A DNA stretch of 64,000 nt, from IMG/VR virus record IMGVR_UViG_3300044642_000188; one strand, 5' to 3'. The position numbers and the translations under genes are program-made. This stretch comes from a virus (lineage: Duplodnaviria > Heunggongvirae > Uroviricota > Caudoviricetes). Position 1 is the first letter of the stretch; each line of letters starts with the position of its first letter. Positions 38,721 through 46,269 of the stretch are shown piece after piece. Under the pieces are notes generated by a model. That model searched no databases. It was not told where the DNA came from and saw only the letters and a list, made by a program, of their open reading frames with translations.

Positions 38721-38799
38721 ATTTAATTAGGGCAAAGGTAATTGATTTCCAATCATCTACAAATAACTTAATTAGTTATTTATAACACCTAATGCTATA

Positions 38800-39069
38800 T
38801 TATGCATCATTTCCTTCTTTCTCTATCCAGAACAGAATACTAATGTTTATGAAAAAGAAACCTATACGTAATTCTCTCTCTACATTCTTATCTTCTAGGA
38901 CAAACTCTGTATACGATAAGCCTAGAAGGAAATAAGGAGTCATTAACAGGTTAATCTCCAATGCAAAATCTATTTCGTTATACCTGGAGAAACCATGTAT
39001 TAAGGAAATAACAATCAGTAGTGTTACTATTATATATATCATGTTGTTTGTTTTTAACCCACCCTCCAC
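38800..39069 (-). CDS. Small membrane protein (89 aa, or about 80 aa if translation starts at Met10, about 39042).
   Basis: Two predicted hydrophobic helices (IYIIVTLLIVISLIHGF and LRIGFFFINISILFWI). It is the first gene of the minus-strand operon after the control region. A GC-rich hairpin at 39061..39087 overlaps the annotated 5' end, so the downstream ATG is the more likely start. Confidence 0.4.
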   Translation of the reverse strand: MEGGLKTNNMIYIIVTLLIVISLIHGFSRYNEIDFALEINLLMTPYFLLGLSYTEFVLEDKNVERELRIGFFFINISILFWIEKEGNDA

Positions 39070-39299
39070 CCCAAAGGTAAGGGGAGGGAATTCATATTAA
39101 CAAATTTATTTTAAAATTGTGGATAACTTCTATGGCAGGATGTTATAATTCTGTTACAGCACTATATTATAATACATATAATCTGTTGGAAATATCCATC
39201 ACTATATGCCATAACATATCATAATGTGTTATAAAAGCAACATTGTCAAGCTGAGCATGTCCCTTATAAGACACATTATGTAAAGCAATAGCTTTACAA

Positions 39300-39470
39300 A
39301 ACGTAAAATAAGTAAAGTTATAACTTGACACTTTTGGCAGAATATAGACTTGTTATAACTTGCCAAATCAGGAAGTAAAACACAGCCAAACTAGGAAGTC
39401 TGTAACAAATAAGTATATAAATTTGTTACAAGAGTGTCACAAATATTTGAAAAAGTGTGACAAACCAGGA
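39300..39470. promoter_or_regulatory. Operator-like repeat arrays in the non-coding region between the two modules.
   Basis: Two copies of the palindrome-containing 11-mer (A/T)GTTATAACTTG at 39316..39327 and 39351..39362. Four copies of TGTnACAAA(T/C) at 39401, 39421 (inverted), 39435 and 39456. Together these form the inverted repeats TGTAACAAAT(n10)ATTTGTTACA and TGTCACA(n14)TGTGACA. TAAATTTG at 39416..39423 matches the Bacteroidota -7 element TAnnTTTG. Confidence 0.5.
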
Positions 39471-39472
39471 GG

Positions 39473-39691
39473 CTAAATAAACTCCACATCATCCCCCTTA
39501 CCATTCATGGGATTGTCATACACCCTAATATCATCAGAGTAGAAATGTTTAATAACCCCTCCAGGTAGCCTAACTAACCAGACAGTGTTAACGTTTAGCC
39601 CATAGTCCATAATAAACATAGCCTCCCCTTCCCCATGTGCTTTACACCAAACAGGAATTGTTGGATTGAGCTGTAGCATCATGCCATACAT
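39473..39691 (-). CDS. Hypothetical small protein (72 aa) within the control region between the two modules.
   Basis: ORF flanked by palindromic repeat arrays. Coding status is uncertain. Confidence 0.3.
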   Translation of the reverse strand: MYGMMLQLNPTIPVWCKAHGEGEAMFIMDYGLNVNTVWLVRLPGGVIKHFYSDDIRVYDNPMNGKGDDVEFI

Positions 39692-39898
39692 ACATTACAT
39701 TTTTATTTAATACAAATATACGTCATTCTGGTGAGATAAAAAAATTTTTCTAAAGCTAGGGATGTCTTGTATATATGGGGGAAGAGGGTACTTCATATTG
39801 CAACCCCGTGTACAGATTGGCAGGTTGGGGCTATCCCCAGCTTGTTCTAATTCATAATCAAAAGTGCTTGCGACACATTAAACACTGCAACAAACACC

Positions 39899-40291
39899 GT
39901 GAGACAAACTCAAATCTTATCAGGCAAGTTCTCAACAGGAACAGATTCAAAAGGTAATTTCTCTGGCTACAATGCTGGTGGTGAAAGAATTTTCATCCAC
40001 AAGTCACAGATGGAATCAGTAGGCTTTGTTACAGCTGATGATGTTAAGTTCCCATTCTACGCATTGATTGCTAACAAGCCAATCCAAACTCGCGATGCTA
40101 ATGGAGACATCACAGATGTGGTGGTTGACAGATTGCAAGCATTAAGCTTGTTCAAGAGTGCTGCCGAGTTAACAGCTGCTGTTAATGCAGACTTCGCATT
40201 AAGCTTGGATGCTGCAAAAGCTCGCAAAGAGATGGCAACAGCTGCTGGTCTCAATGAAGAGAGTGTTAACACACTTCTTCAATTGGCATAA
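39899..40291 (+). CDS. First gene of the plus-strand early module, hypothetical (130 aa).
   Basis: ORF followed by a perfect 11-bp-stem terminator. Confidence 0.5.
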   Translation: MRQTQILSGKFSTGTDSKGNFSGYNAGGERIFIHKSQMESVGFVTADDVKFPFYALIANKPIQTRDANGDITDVVVDRLQALSLFKSAAELTAAVNADFALSLDAAKARKEMATAAGLNEESVNTLLQLA

Positions 40292-40305
40292 GCCATTCAT
40301 AATGG

Positions 40306-40344
40306 ACAACAAACTCTCTACTATTAGGGAGTTTGTTGTTCTTT
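40306..40344 (+). terminator. Intrinsic terminator.
   Basis: ACAACAAACTC-(loop)-GAGTTTGTTGT, an 11-bp perfect stem, followed by TCTTT. Confidence 0.6.
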
Positions 40345-40526
40345 ATATATATGGGTGGGCATAGAATGCATTAGGGTGGGGAAAACAAAGACATAACACA
40401 CTGATTTACAATATATTATTTGTAAATGTGTGAGAAGCTGTGTAACCTCTCTTGGATAAATAGCACATTTTTACAAACCGTTATATGTAAAACATAATAC
40501 AATACATATAGCATTAAATAGATATT

Positions 40527-40724
40527 ATGGACTTAACCATACAACAAGCCACTGATAGTAAAACTATTAGTATAATAAAGAATATAACTTATATACCTAG
40601 AATAGGAGAGTGTATCACTATGTTTATTAATGGTGACTATGATACATTTAAGATAGAGGAGCTGTTCTACATGTATAATGAGAATGGTCAACTTCATGAG
40701 GTAGCTGTATATATAGATAGATAA
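40527..40724 (+). CDS. Hypothetical small protein (65 aa).
   Basis: ORF only. Confidence 0.35.
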   Translation: MDLTIQQATDSKTISIIKNITYIPRIGECITMFINGDYDTFKIEELFYMYNENGQLHEVAVYIDR

Positions 40725-41078
40725 TGTACCATTTCAGCTTCCCAAGGGCTGACAGATGTATAATACCTATTTATAGGTAACAATATAAAGACATAAACGA
40801 GATAGGCATAAATAACTATAAGTTATTGACGTATTCTCTTTATTATACATTTGAGTACAGAGGGATTTTACACACACATTAAAAACAAATAACATGTATA
40901 GAGCAGTATTCCTTATGAAAGACAAATCTATCATCACTATGATGTTTGAAAACTATCCTAATGATGAGATGATTGTTGATTCTGGTTTTAATTGGGATGA
41001 TATATCATCTTATAGAGTCTATTTTGGTAAATAATGACTCTTTTTCTTTAACACAAACATACACTAAAAAACAAACAT

Positions 41079-41621
41079 ATGTATTACATTATCAACAGAA
41101 CAACCAACCAAACAACAACACATTTTGGAGATTGGCCTAATCTCAATGAACAATTAACCAATGGTGAAGACATCATTGTTGTTAGTCTTTATTCTAATAC
41201 AATCAAAACTCCTTATATGGAGAATGATTGTTGGGAGTGGAAAGACTATGATGCTTCATTCTTATCTCCTGATGCATATTTTCCTTGGGATGATTATAAT
41301 GATAAGATAAATCAGGAGTATGATGAGCAGGATTATAATGAGCCTGAAATCAGCACAGAGTATGTTATTGCTTCTACAAGCCAGATGATGGAAGAGACAA
41401 TGGTCTTTCCTTCTAACGCTGATGGACAGATTACAGATTATACTGATTTGAACTGTGTTGCATTAAGATATGGTCGTTATGATTGGGAAGATGCATTTTC
41501 AGCTGTTGCTGAATTAAACACTGATGAGCACAAATACATATATGTACGCACTCTTGAAAGTGATAAGAACGTTCACAATCTATTCAGGAGAATTAATACA
41601 TCAGATGCAGTTGTAATATAA
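41079..41621 (+). CDS. Acidic early protein (180 aa).
   Basis: Rich in D/E/Y/W (EYDEQDYNEPEISTEY). Hypothetical. Confidence 0.45.
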   Translation: MYYIINRTTNQTTTHFGDWPNLNEQLTNGEDIIVVSLYSNTIKTPYMENDCWEWKDYDASFLSPDAYFPWDDYNDKINQEYDEQDYNEPEISTEYVIASTSQMMEETMVFPSNADGQITDYTDLNCVALRYGRYDWEDAFSAVAELNTDEHKYIYVRTLESDKNVHNLFRRINTSDAVVI

Positions 41622-41705
41622 CAAACACATATCCTTTTGGATTAGCCTTCTACGGACAAAAGGTAAAGGATATGTTTTTTCATTCACATATTAAATAACA
41701 ATTAT

Positions 41706-41933
41706 ATGAAGATAATTAAATCAATCCTACTTACAATCGAAAAAGCATTAGTTACAATCTGGCTTATCTGGATAGCATTATTAGTAGGTGTTATGTTATT
41801 TCATTCAGGTCCAATTGATCTGAATATTACTAACACAATAGCTGCCACTTGGATATTCTATGGATTAACCTTTGGATTACCATTAATATTGGGGCTAGCT
41901 TCATCCTTAAATACTAAATCATCAAACACATGA
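41706..41933 (+). CDS. Small membrane protein (75 aa, 2 or 3 predicted transmembrane helices).
   Basis: Hydrophobic segments LVTIWLIWIALLVGVMLF and WIFYGLTFGLPLILGLA. It overlaps the next gene by 4 nt. Confidence 0.45.
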   Translation: MKIIKSILLTIEKALVTIWLIWIALLVGVMLFHSGPIDLNITNTIAATWIFYGLTFGLPLILGLASSLNTKSSNT

Positions 41934-42127
41934 GAAAGATTACATTATTCCTTCTTATAACCACTATTGTTGGTTGTACAATTAGTTCTCGTCCTTCTAC
42001 TAATGGATATCAGATGACAGTTGATGCTGATTCTATTTACATCTTTGATGGAGATAGATATGTTGGCTCATTAGCTTCTTCATCTGTTCCTGCATTAGAT
42101 AGTCTTATTATAGAGGACAATAGATAA
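41930..42127 (+). CDS. Small putative lipoprotein (65 aa).
   Basis: N-terminus MRKITLFLLITTIVGCTISS has the lipoprotein signal peptide and lipobox form (L-x-x-C). Confidence 0.45.
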   Translation: MRKITLFLLITTIVGCTISSRPSTNGYQMTVDADSIYIFDGDRYVGSLASSSVPALDSLIIEDNR

Positions 42128-42160
42128 CACATTATTAATCAAACACTTAAACACAATCAA

Positions 42161-42475
42161 ATGAAAATTTTATTCGCATCATTATCTGTAATCACCTCAA
42201 CATCAGGTGGTTACCTATTACTTACAGCACCATCAACATCACATGTGCTGTTAGCTATTATACTTATTCTTACAGCTATTATATGTCTGTTGTTCCTTAT
42301 TATTAAGGATTATAGACAACAATTAGATTTTTGGAAAGACATGAAAAGCTTTATATTTGTAGCTGTAATGCTATCATTAGGCTCTTGTGCTTCTAGTAAG
42401 CATTCATGTCCTACAAATGATAAGAACTATTTCTTCAAACAACAATCAGTTAAAGCATTTTATCACAGACAATAA
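42161..42475 (+). CDS. Membrane protein (104 aa).
   Basis: Two or three hydrophobic helices. An internal SLGSCASS motif is lipobox-like. Confidence 0.45.
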   Translation: MKILFASLSVITSTSGGYLLLTAPSTSHVLLAIILILTAIICLLFLIIKDYRQQLDFWKDMKSFIFVAVMLSLGSCASSKHSCPTNDKNYFFKQQSVKAFYHRQ

Positions 42476-42655
42476 TACACATATACATGAAAACAGTACA
42501 ATTAACACCAAGAGAATGGGATACATTCAAAAAGATTGCTACATTTAACTATGTCATTGAGCTTATTAAGAAACAAACAGTCTTTATTAGAGCTGATATA
42601 AAAAATTTAGAGAGCCTAGGATTCTAGGCTTTCTTTCATATTAAACTATTATATT

Positions 42656-43198
42656 ATGTTTATAGATTGCAAGCTCGTACTTAAATCATATGTACCTGAA
42701 AAATTAGAGAAGGGCATGTGGTTCGTAAGAGTTAAAACAGAAGTTATATACGGAGAGAAACAAGAATATCTCTCCGTACATGAACTAGCATTAGTTCCAA
42801 GGGATATAGATACATATCTCACATACAATGGCTATCCTGTTAAGCCATATCTTGTATATCCAATGATTAATCCTGATGATACAGAGGTGATTGCAGCCTA
42901 TCCAGAAGAAATAGGTTGGTGGGATGAAGGTGATCACGTGGATGAATTAAGGGATATAACAGTGAAAGATATCAACAATATATTGGAGTGGGACAATTCA
43001 ATGGTACAAATAGAGGTGTTTGATGATGAGGAAGATGAAGATGGTACACCAATTCCAATATTATACAATGATAAGGTGACACTCAGAGATGTACATACAA
43101 TAGATCACGATGATGATGAAGATTGGGATGATGATGAGGATTATCTAGATGATGGAGATGATGATGTATGGGATGATGAGGACCACAATACAGAATAA
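42656..43198 (+). CDS. Highly acidic protein (180 aa) with a poly-Asp/Glu C-terminus.
   Basis: C-terminus DHDDDEDWDDDEDYLDDGDDDVWDDEDHNTE. Confidence 0.5.
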   Translation: MFIDCKLVLKSYVPEKLEKGMWFVRVKTEVIYGEKQEYLSVHELALVPRDIDTYLTYNGYPVKPYLVYPMINPDDTEVIAAYPEEIGWWDEGDHVDELRDITVKDINNILEWDNSMVQIEVFDDEEDEDGTPIPILYNDKVTLRDVHTIDHDDDEDWDDDEDYLDDGDDDVWDDEDHNTE

Positions 43199-43222
43199 TA
43201 TTATTAACCAACACACACAAAC

Positions 43223-43408
43223 ATGCAAGAATTACTAAACTTATTATCAGAGGTGGTTAAAAACCAAGAACAGCCACCTAAGATTAAAATCAAATTTAAC
43301 GTTGAGAAAGAAAGGGAAATGACATTTAATGACCCTGAATTTATTAAATGGTGTAATGACCACAATGTTGGAATGCTTTGGGATCGCTCTGCGGTCCATC
43401 TTGGTTAG
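43223..43408 (+). CDS. Hypothetical (61 aa).
   Basis: ORF followed by a terminator hairpin. Confidence 0.35.
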   Translation: MQELLNLLSEVVKNQEQPPKIKIKFNVEKEREMTFNDPEFIKWCNDHNVGMLWDRSAVHLG

Positions 43409-43426
43409 TGTTATGTGGTGGTAAAA

Positions 43427-43456
43427 GGCTCTCAATTAAGTTTGAGGGCCTTTTTT
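43427..43456 (+). terminator. Intrinsic terminator.
   Basis: GGCTCTCAA-TTAAGT-TTGAGGGCC followed by TTTTTT. Confidence 0.55.
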
Positions 43457-43496
43457 ATTTATTGTCACTTATTTACTTATTATAAAAAACAAACAA

Positions 43497-43796
43497 ATGA
43501 AAAATCGTAAGAATTACACACAGACAGAACTTCAATTAATTGAAACAGCTTCTCAATCAAGAGGTACAGCTAAAAGAATAGCTAGAAGAGTAGCTAAGGA
43601 GTTAAAACGCTCAGAAACTGGTGTTTACATCCAGGTGAGAAAGTTCCGTAAAATGTACAAACCTGTTGCTACAACAACAGCTCCAATTGTTGCACAGCCA
43701 GCAAAACCAGCTGTTAAAACAACAAAGGATTTTGTACTAAACTTCACACCAAAGAAAACAGAGGTGTTCCAAGATCACGTTAGACTTTATTTCTAG
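43497..43796 (+). CDS. Basic, possibly DNA-binding protein (99 aa).
   Basis: Lys/Arg-rich N-terminal half (TAKRIARRVAKELKR). Confidence 0.4.
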   Translation: MKNRKNYTQTELQLIETASQSRGTAKRIARRVAKELKRSETGVYIQVRKFRKMYKPVATTTAPIVAQPAKPAVKTTKDFVLNFTPKKTEVFQDHVRLYF

Positions 43797-43814
43797 TCAT
43801 CAAAAACCATACAT

Positions 43815-44018
43815 ATGCCAAACGCTACATTAGTCTATTCATCAAGACTACATCCAAGAAATCACATTACAGTGTATTATGCCAATAGTACAAACTGGAA
43901 TGCTACAAAGCTTATTGATGCTATTATAGCTGCATCAAAACAACGTAGAGTTGTTCCCAAGGATAATACATTTGTATTTATGGGTAAGATTGTACGCAAA
44001 AAAAATGTTGGGCAGTAA
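43815..44018 (+). CDS. Hypothetical (67 aa).
   Basis: ORF followed by a terminator hairpin. Confidence 0.35.
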   Translation: MPNATLVYSSRLHPRNHITVYYANSTNWNATKLIDAIIAASKQRRVVPKDNTFVFMGKIVRKKNVGQ

Positions 44019-44030
44019 GTAAAACAATGA

Positions 44031-44068
44031 GCCCTGTGTACTATCTTTGTACATGGGGCTTATTTTTA
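44031..44068 (+). terminator. Intrinsic terminator.
   Basis: AGCCCTGTGTAC-TATCTTT-GTACATGGGGCT followed by TATTTTT. Confidence 0.55.
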
Positions 44069-44085
44069 ACATTAAATAAACTAAT

Positions 44086-44397
44086 ATGAGCGTAGAATGC
44101 GTATGTATCAATGATGGTGGTAGACCAAAAGAAATACCAGCAAACAAATGGGTTAAGAAGGGTAACACATACACAGTGATATTTACTGTCACTGTATTAC
44201 CACAGAAGGAATTAGGTGTACAGCTAGCTGAAATAGAGCTAACAGACAGAGAATTACCATATGAATACTTCTTAGCCAATAGATTTGCATTTACAGAGGA
44301 AGCATTAAAGAAACTAATTGAATTAATTAAAGACTGTTCTGATATAACGTTCTCAATGGATGAGTTATTGAAACAAACAGAATTAGTTGAAGCATAA
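44086..44397 (+). CDS. Hypothetical (103 aa).
   Basis: ORF. Confidence 0.4.
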   Translation: MSVECVCINDGGRPKEIPANKWVKKGNTYTVIFTVTVLPQKELGVQLAEIELTDRELPYEYFLANRFAFTEEALKKLIELIKDCSDITFSMDELLKQTELVEA

Positions 44398-44406
44398 ACA
44401 TATTAT

Positions 44407-44610
44407 ATGCAAACAGCAATGCAACAGTTAATTACTGAACTTAAACATGTTGAGGAGTGGCCTATGATATCAGGTATAACTAAAAGAGCAGAAAAACTAC
44501 TTGAAAAAGAAAAAGAGCAGATAATAGATGCTTACTATGGAAATATAGATGGAGTATTTGGCTATCGTGAAGCAGGAGAAGAATACTACAACCAAACCTA
44601 TAATCTATGA
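44407..44610 (+). CDS. Hypothetical (67 aa).
   Basis: ORF overlapping the next by 4 nt. Confidence 0.35.
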   Translation: MQTAMQQLITELKHVEEWPMISGITKRAEKLLEKEKEQIIDAYYGNIDGVFGYREAGEEYYNQTYNL

Positions 44611-44843
44611 GAAATATAATCATAGCCTTATCAGGAGTTATAAGTGTATTAGTTATTCTTATGGCTTTATTAATGAAGCAAAAGAATAATATGGAGCTTG
44701 AAATGTCTGCAATACAATCTAAATCAGATAGTTTATATGATGAGATTGTGCCATTAAAGTACCAAAATATGAGATATGAGTACATTTATGACCAGTTAAG
44801 CACAAATCCAGAGGTAATAAAAGCATTTAATGAAACCGAATAA
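44607..44843 (+). CDS. Small membrane protein (78 aa).
   Basis: N-terminal transmembrane helix IIIALSGVISVLVILMALLM. Confidence 0.4.
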   Translation: MRNIIIALSGVISVLVILMALLMKQKNNMELEMSAIQSKSDSLYDEIVPLKYQNMRYEYIYDQLSTNPEVIKAFNETE

Positions 44844-44852
44844 ACAAATAAC

Positions 44853-45038
44853 ATGGAAGCTAAAATACTAATAAACATTACAGACAACAAGGTGACACTT
44901 GATGTTGAAGGAGAAAACACAGCATTAATAGCAGGCTTAGCTTCTGTATTACTATCAGAAGAGGGTAATGAATTTAGAGAATTACTTATATCAGCATTTG
45001 AATTAGCAGACAGTGAAGTTGAAAAACTAAAAAAATAA
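44853..45038 (+). CDS. Hypothetical (61 aa).
   Basis: ORF. Confidence 0.35.
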   Translation: MEAKILINITDNKVTLDVEGENTALIAGLASVLLSEEGNEFRELLISAFELADSEVEKLKK

Positions 45039-45043
45039 TAGCC

Positions 45044-45232
45044 ATGGATCCACTATATGACTATCTATTCCATTATAACCATTACCAAGGTTTATGGCAT
45101 GCAATACCAAGAGCAAAATATTTAGACTATTGGACTAATGAGAATGTAGAAGGTGTATTAAAATCAAAAGAAATACATGTTCTAATTGATTTGATTAGTC
45201 GTGGTCAAGAGTTTATTGACACTATTAACTAA
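45044..45232 (+). CDS. Hypothetical (62 aa).
   Basis: ORF. Confidence 0.35.
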   Translation: MDPLYDYLFHYNHYQGLWHAIPRAKYLDYWTNENVEGVLKSKEIHVLIDLISRGQEFIDTIN

Positions 45233-45446
45233 TTTAGTTATGACAGTTATAGGTAAAATAATTAAGCAACGATCCATAATGAATCAGAATGATTTTGATA
45301 CATGGATATTAGAGAATTTAGATATATTATTTGATGAAGAGAAACAAATGTTAACAGATGCTATGATGTACGCTTTTGATGAAGATGGACATACGGGCAC
45401 ATGGAAGCATGATGTAATTAACAAATATTATGACAAAATCAAATGA
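45201..45446 (+). CDS. Hypothetical (81 aa).
   Basis: ORF. Confidence 0.35.
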   Translation: MVKSLLTLLTNLVMTVIGKIIKQRSIMNQNDFDTWILENLDILFDEEKQMLTDAMMYAFDEDGHTGTWKHDVINKYYDKIK

Positions 45447-45627
45447 AAACAATAATATTAACAATAATAGTGTGGGAGATACTAAGAAGACTAGTAGGAA
45501 GATTAATCCTGTGGTACATGAACGGAAGATGAAAATAGCTTTTTTCACTCTTGGTATTATAGCATACATAGGATTGTTTGTAATGGGTGTATTTCAAAAG
45601 ATTATAGAACTATTTAAAAGAGATTAA
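45430..45627 (+). CDS. Small membrane protein (65 aa).
   Basis: C-terminal transmembrane helix IAFFTLGIIAYIGLFVMGVF. Confidence 0.35.
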   Translation: MTKSNENNNINNNSVGDTKKTSRKINPVVHERKMKIAFFTLGIIAYIGLFVMGVFQKIIELFKRD

Positions 45628-45628
45628 A

Positions 45629-45832
45629 ATGCCACCAAAAAAAGACAAAGAAAAAAAGTACATAGCGTTGTATGAGAATACAGACGTATGGATAATAGGT
45701 ACAAAACAAGACATTATTGATGACTTTAATAAGGAACCTGATGCATATTTATCTGCTGATGGGATGCTTGAAATTTATGAATTAGGTGAACCTATAAAGT
45801 TTGGATTTGTTAAACCAGAAATACTATTTTAA
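45629..45832 (+). CDS. Hypothetical (67 aa).
   Basis: ORF. Confidence 0.35.
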   Translation: MPPKKDKEKKYIALYENTDVWIIGTKQDIIDDFNKEPDAYLSADGMLEIYELGEPIKFGFVKPEILF

Positions 45833-45921
45833 CATGACAGGAGTAATAATAATTTGAATTGTTGCTATTGTAGCAATATTAGGTGTTATAGATGTATTAA
45901 GACAAACTAAAAACAAATAAC

Positions 45922-46158
45922 ATGGAAGAACAATTACAAAAACAAGAAGTTGGTATACCAGTAGAATATGAACCAAGTAAAAAAGAATTATTAAAACAGA
46001 ATTCAATTAGGATAGTCTTTTGTTCAAGAGGCTGTTTAATTGATATTGGGTGCAAATCAATTCCTTTTGAAACAATAGAAGCAGCAATGGAGGCATTAAA
46101 TAAATACATTAATGACCCTTGGAATGAACAAAAGAAGTGGGAAAAAATCTTAAATTAA
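45922..46158 (+). CDS. Hypothetical (78 aa).
   Basis: ORF. Confidence 0.35.
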   Translation: MEEQLQKQEVGIPVEYEPSKKELLKQNSIRIVFCSRGCLIDIGCKSIPFETIEAAMEALNKYINDPWNEQKKWEKILN

Positions 46159-46269
46159 AGACAAATAACATGGAGTCAGTTTTAGTAGGAGCTCTAATAT
46201 CTGTTATAGTGGCAACACCTATATCTATATTATGGGTGCACTTAATTACCAAACAAAAAGAGTACGAAG

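Noticed and set aside
39692-39900. Possible tRNA in the region between the modules.
   Set aside because: I could not assemble a cloverleaf. There is no GTTC-type T-arm and no 7-bp acceptor pairing. No tRNA was evident anywhere in the window.
39775-39957. 60-aa plus-strand ORF at the head of the early module.
   Set aside because: It overlaps the G/C-run structured leader and the start of the 39899 gene. Its composition is odd (Cys, His, Arg-rich), so it is more likely non-coding.
43935-44279. 114-aa minus-strand ORF in the early region.
   Set aside because: It runs antisense across two plus-strand genes and a plus-strand terminator. The early module is otherwise strictly plus-stranded.
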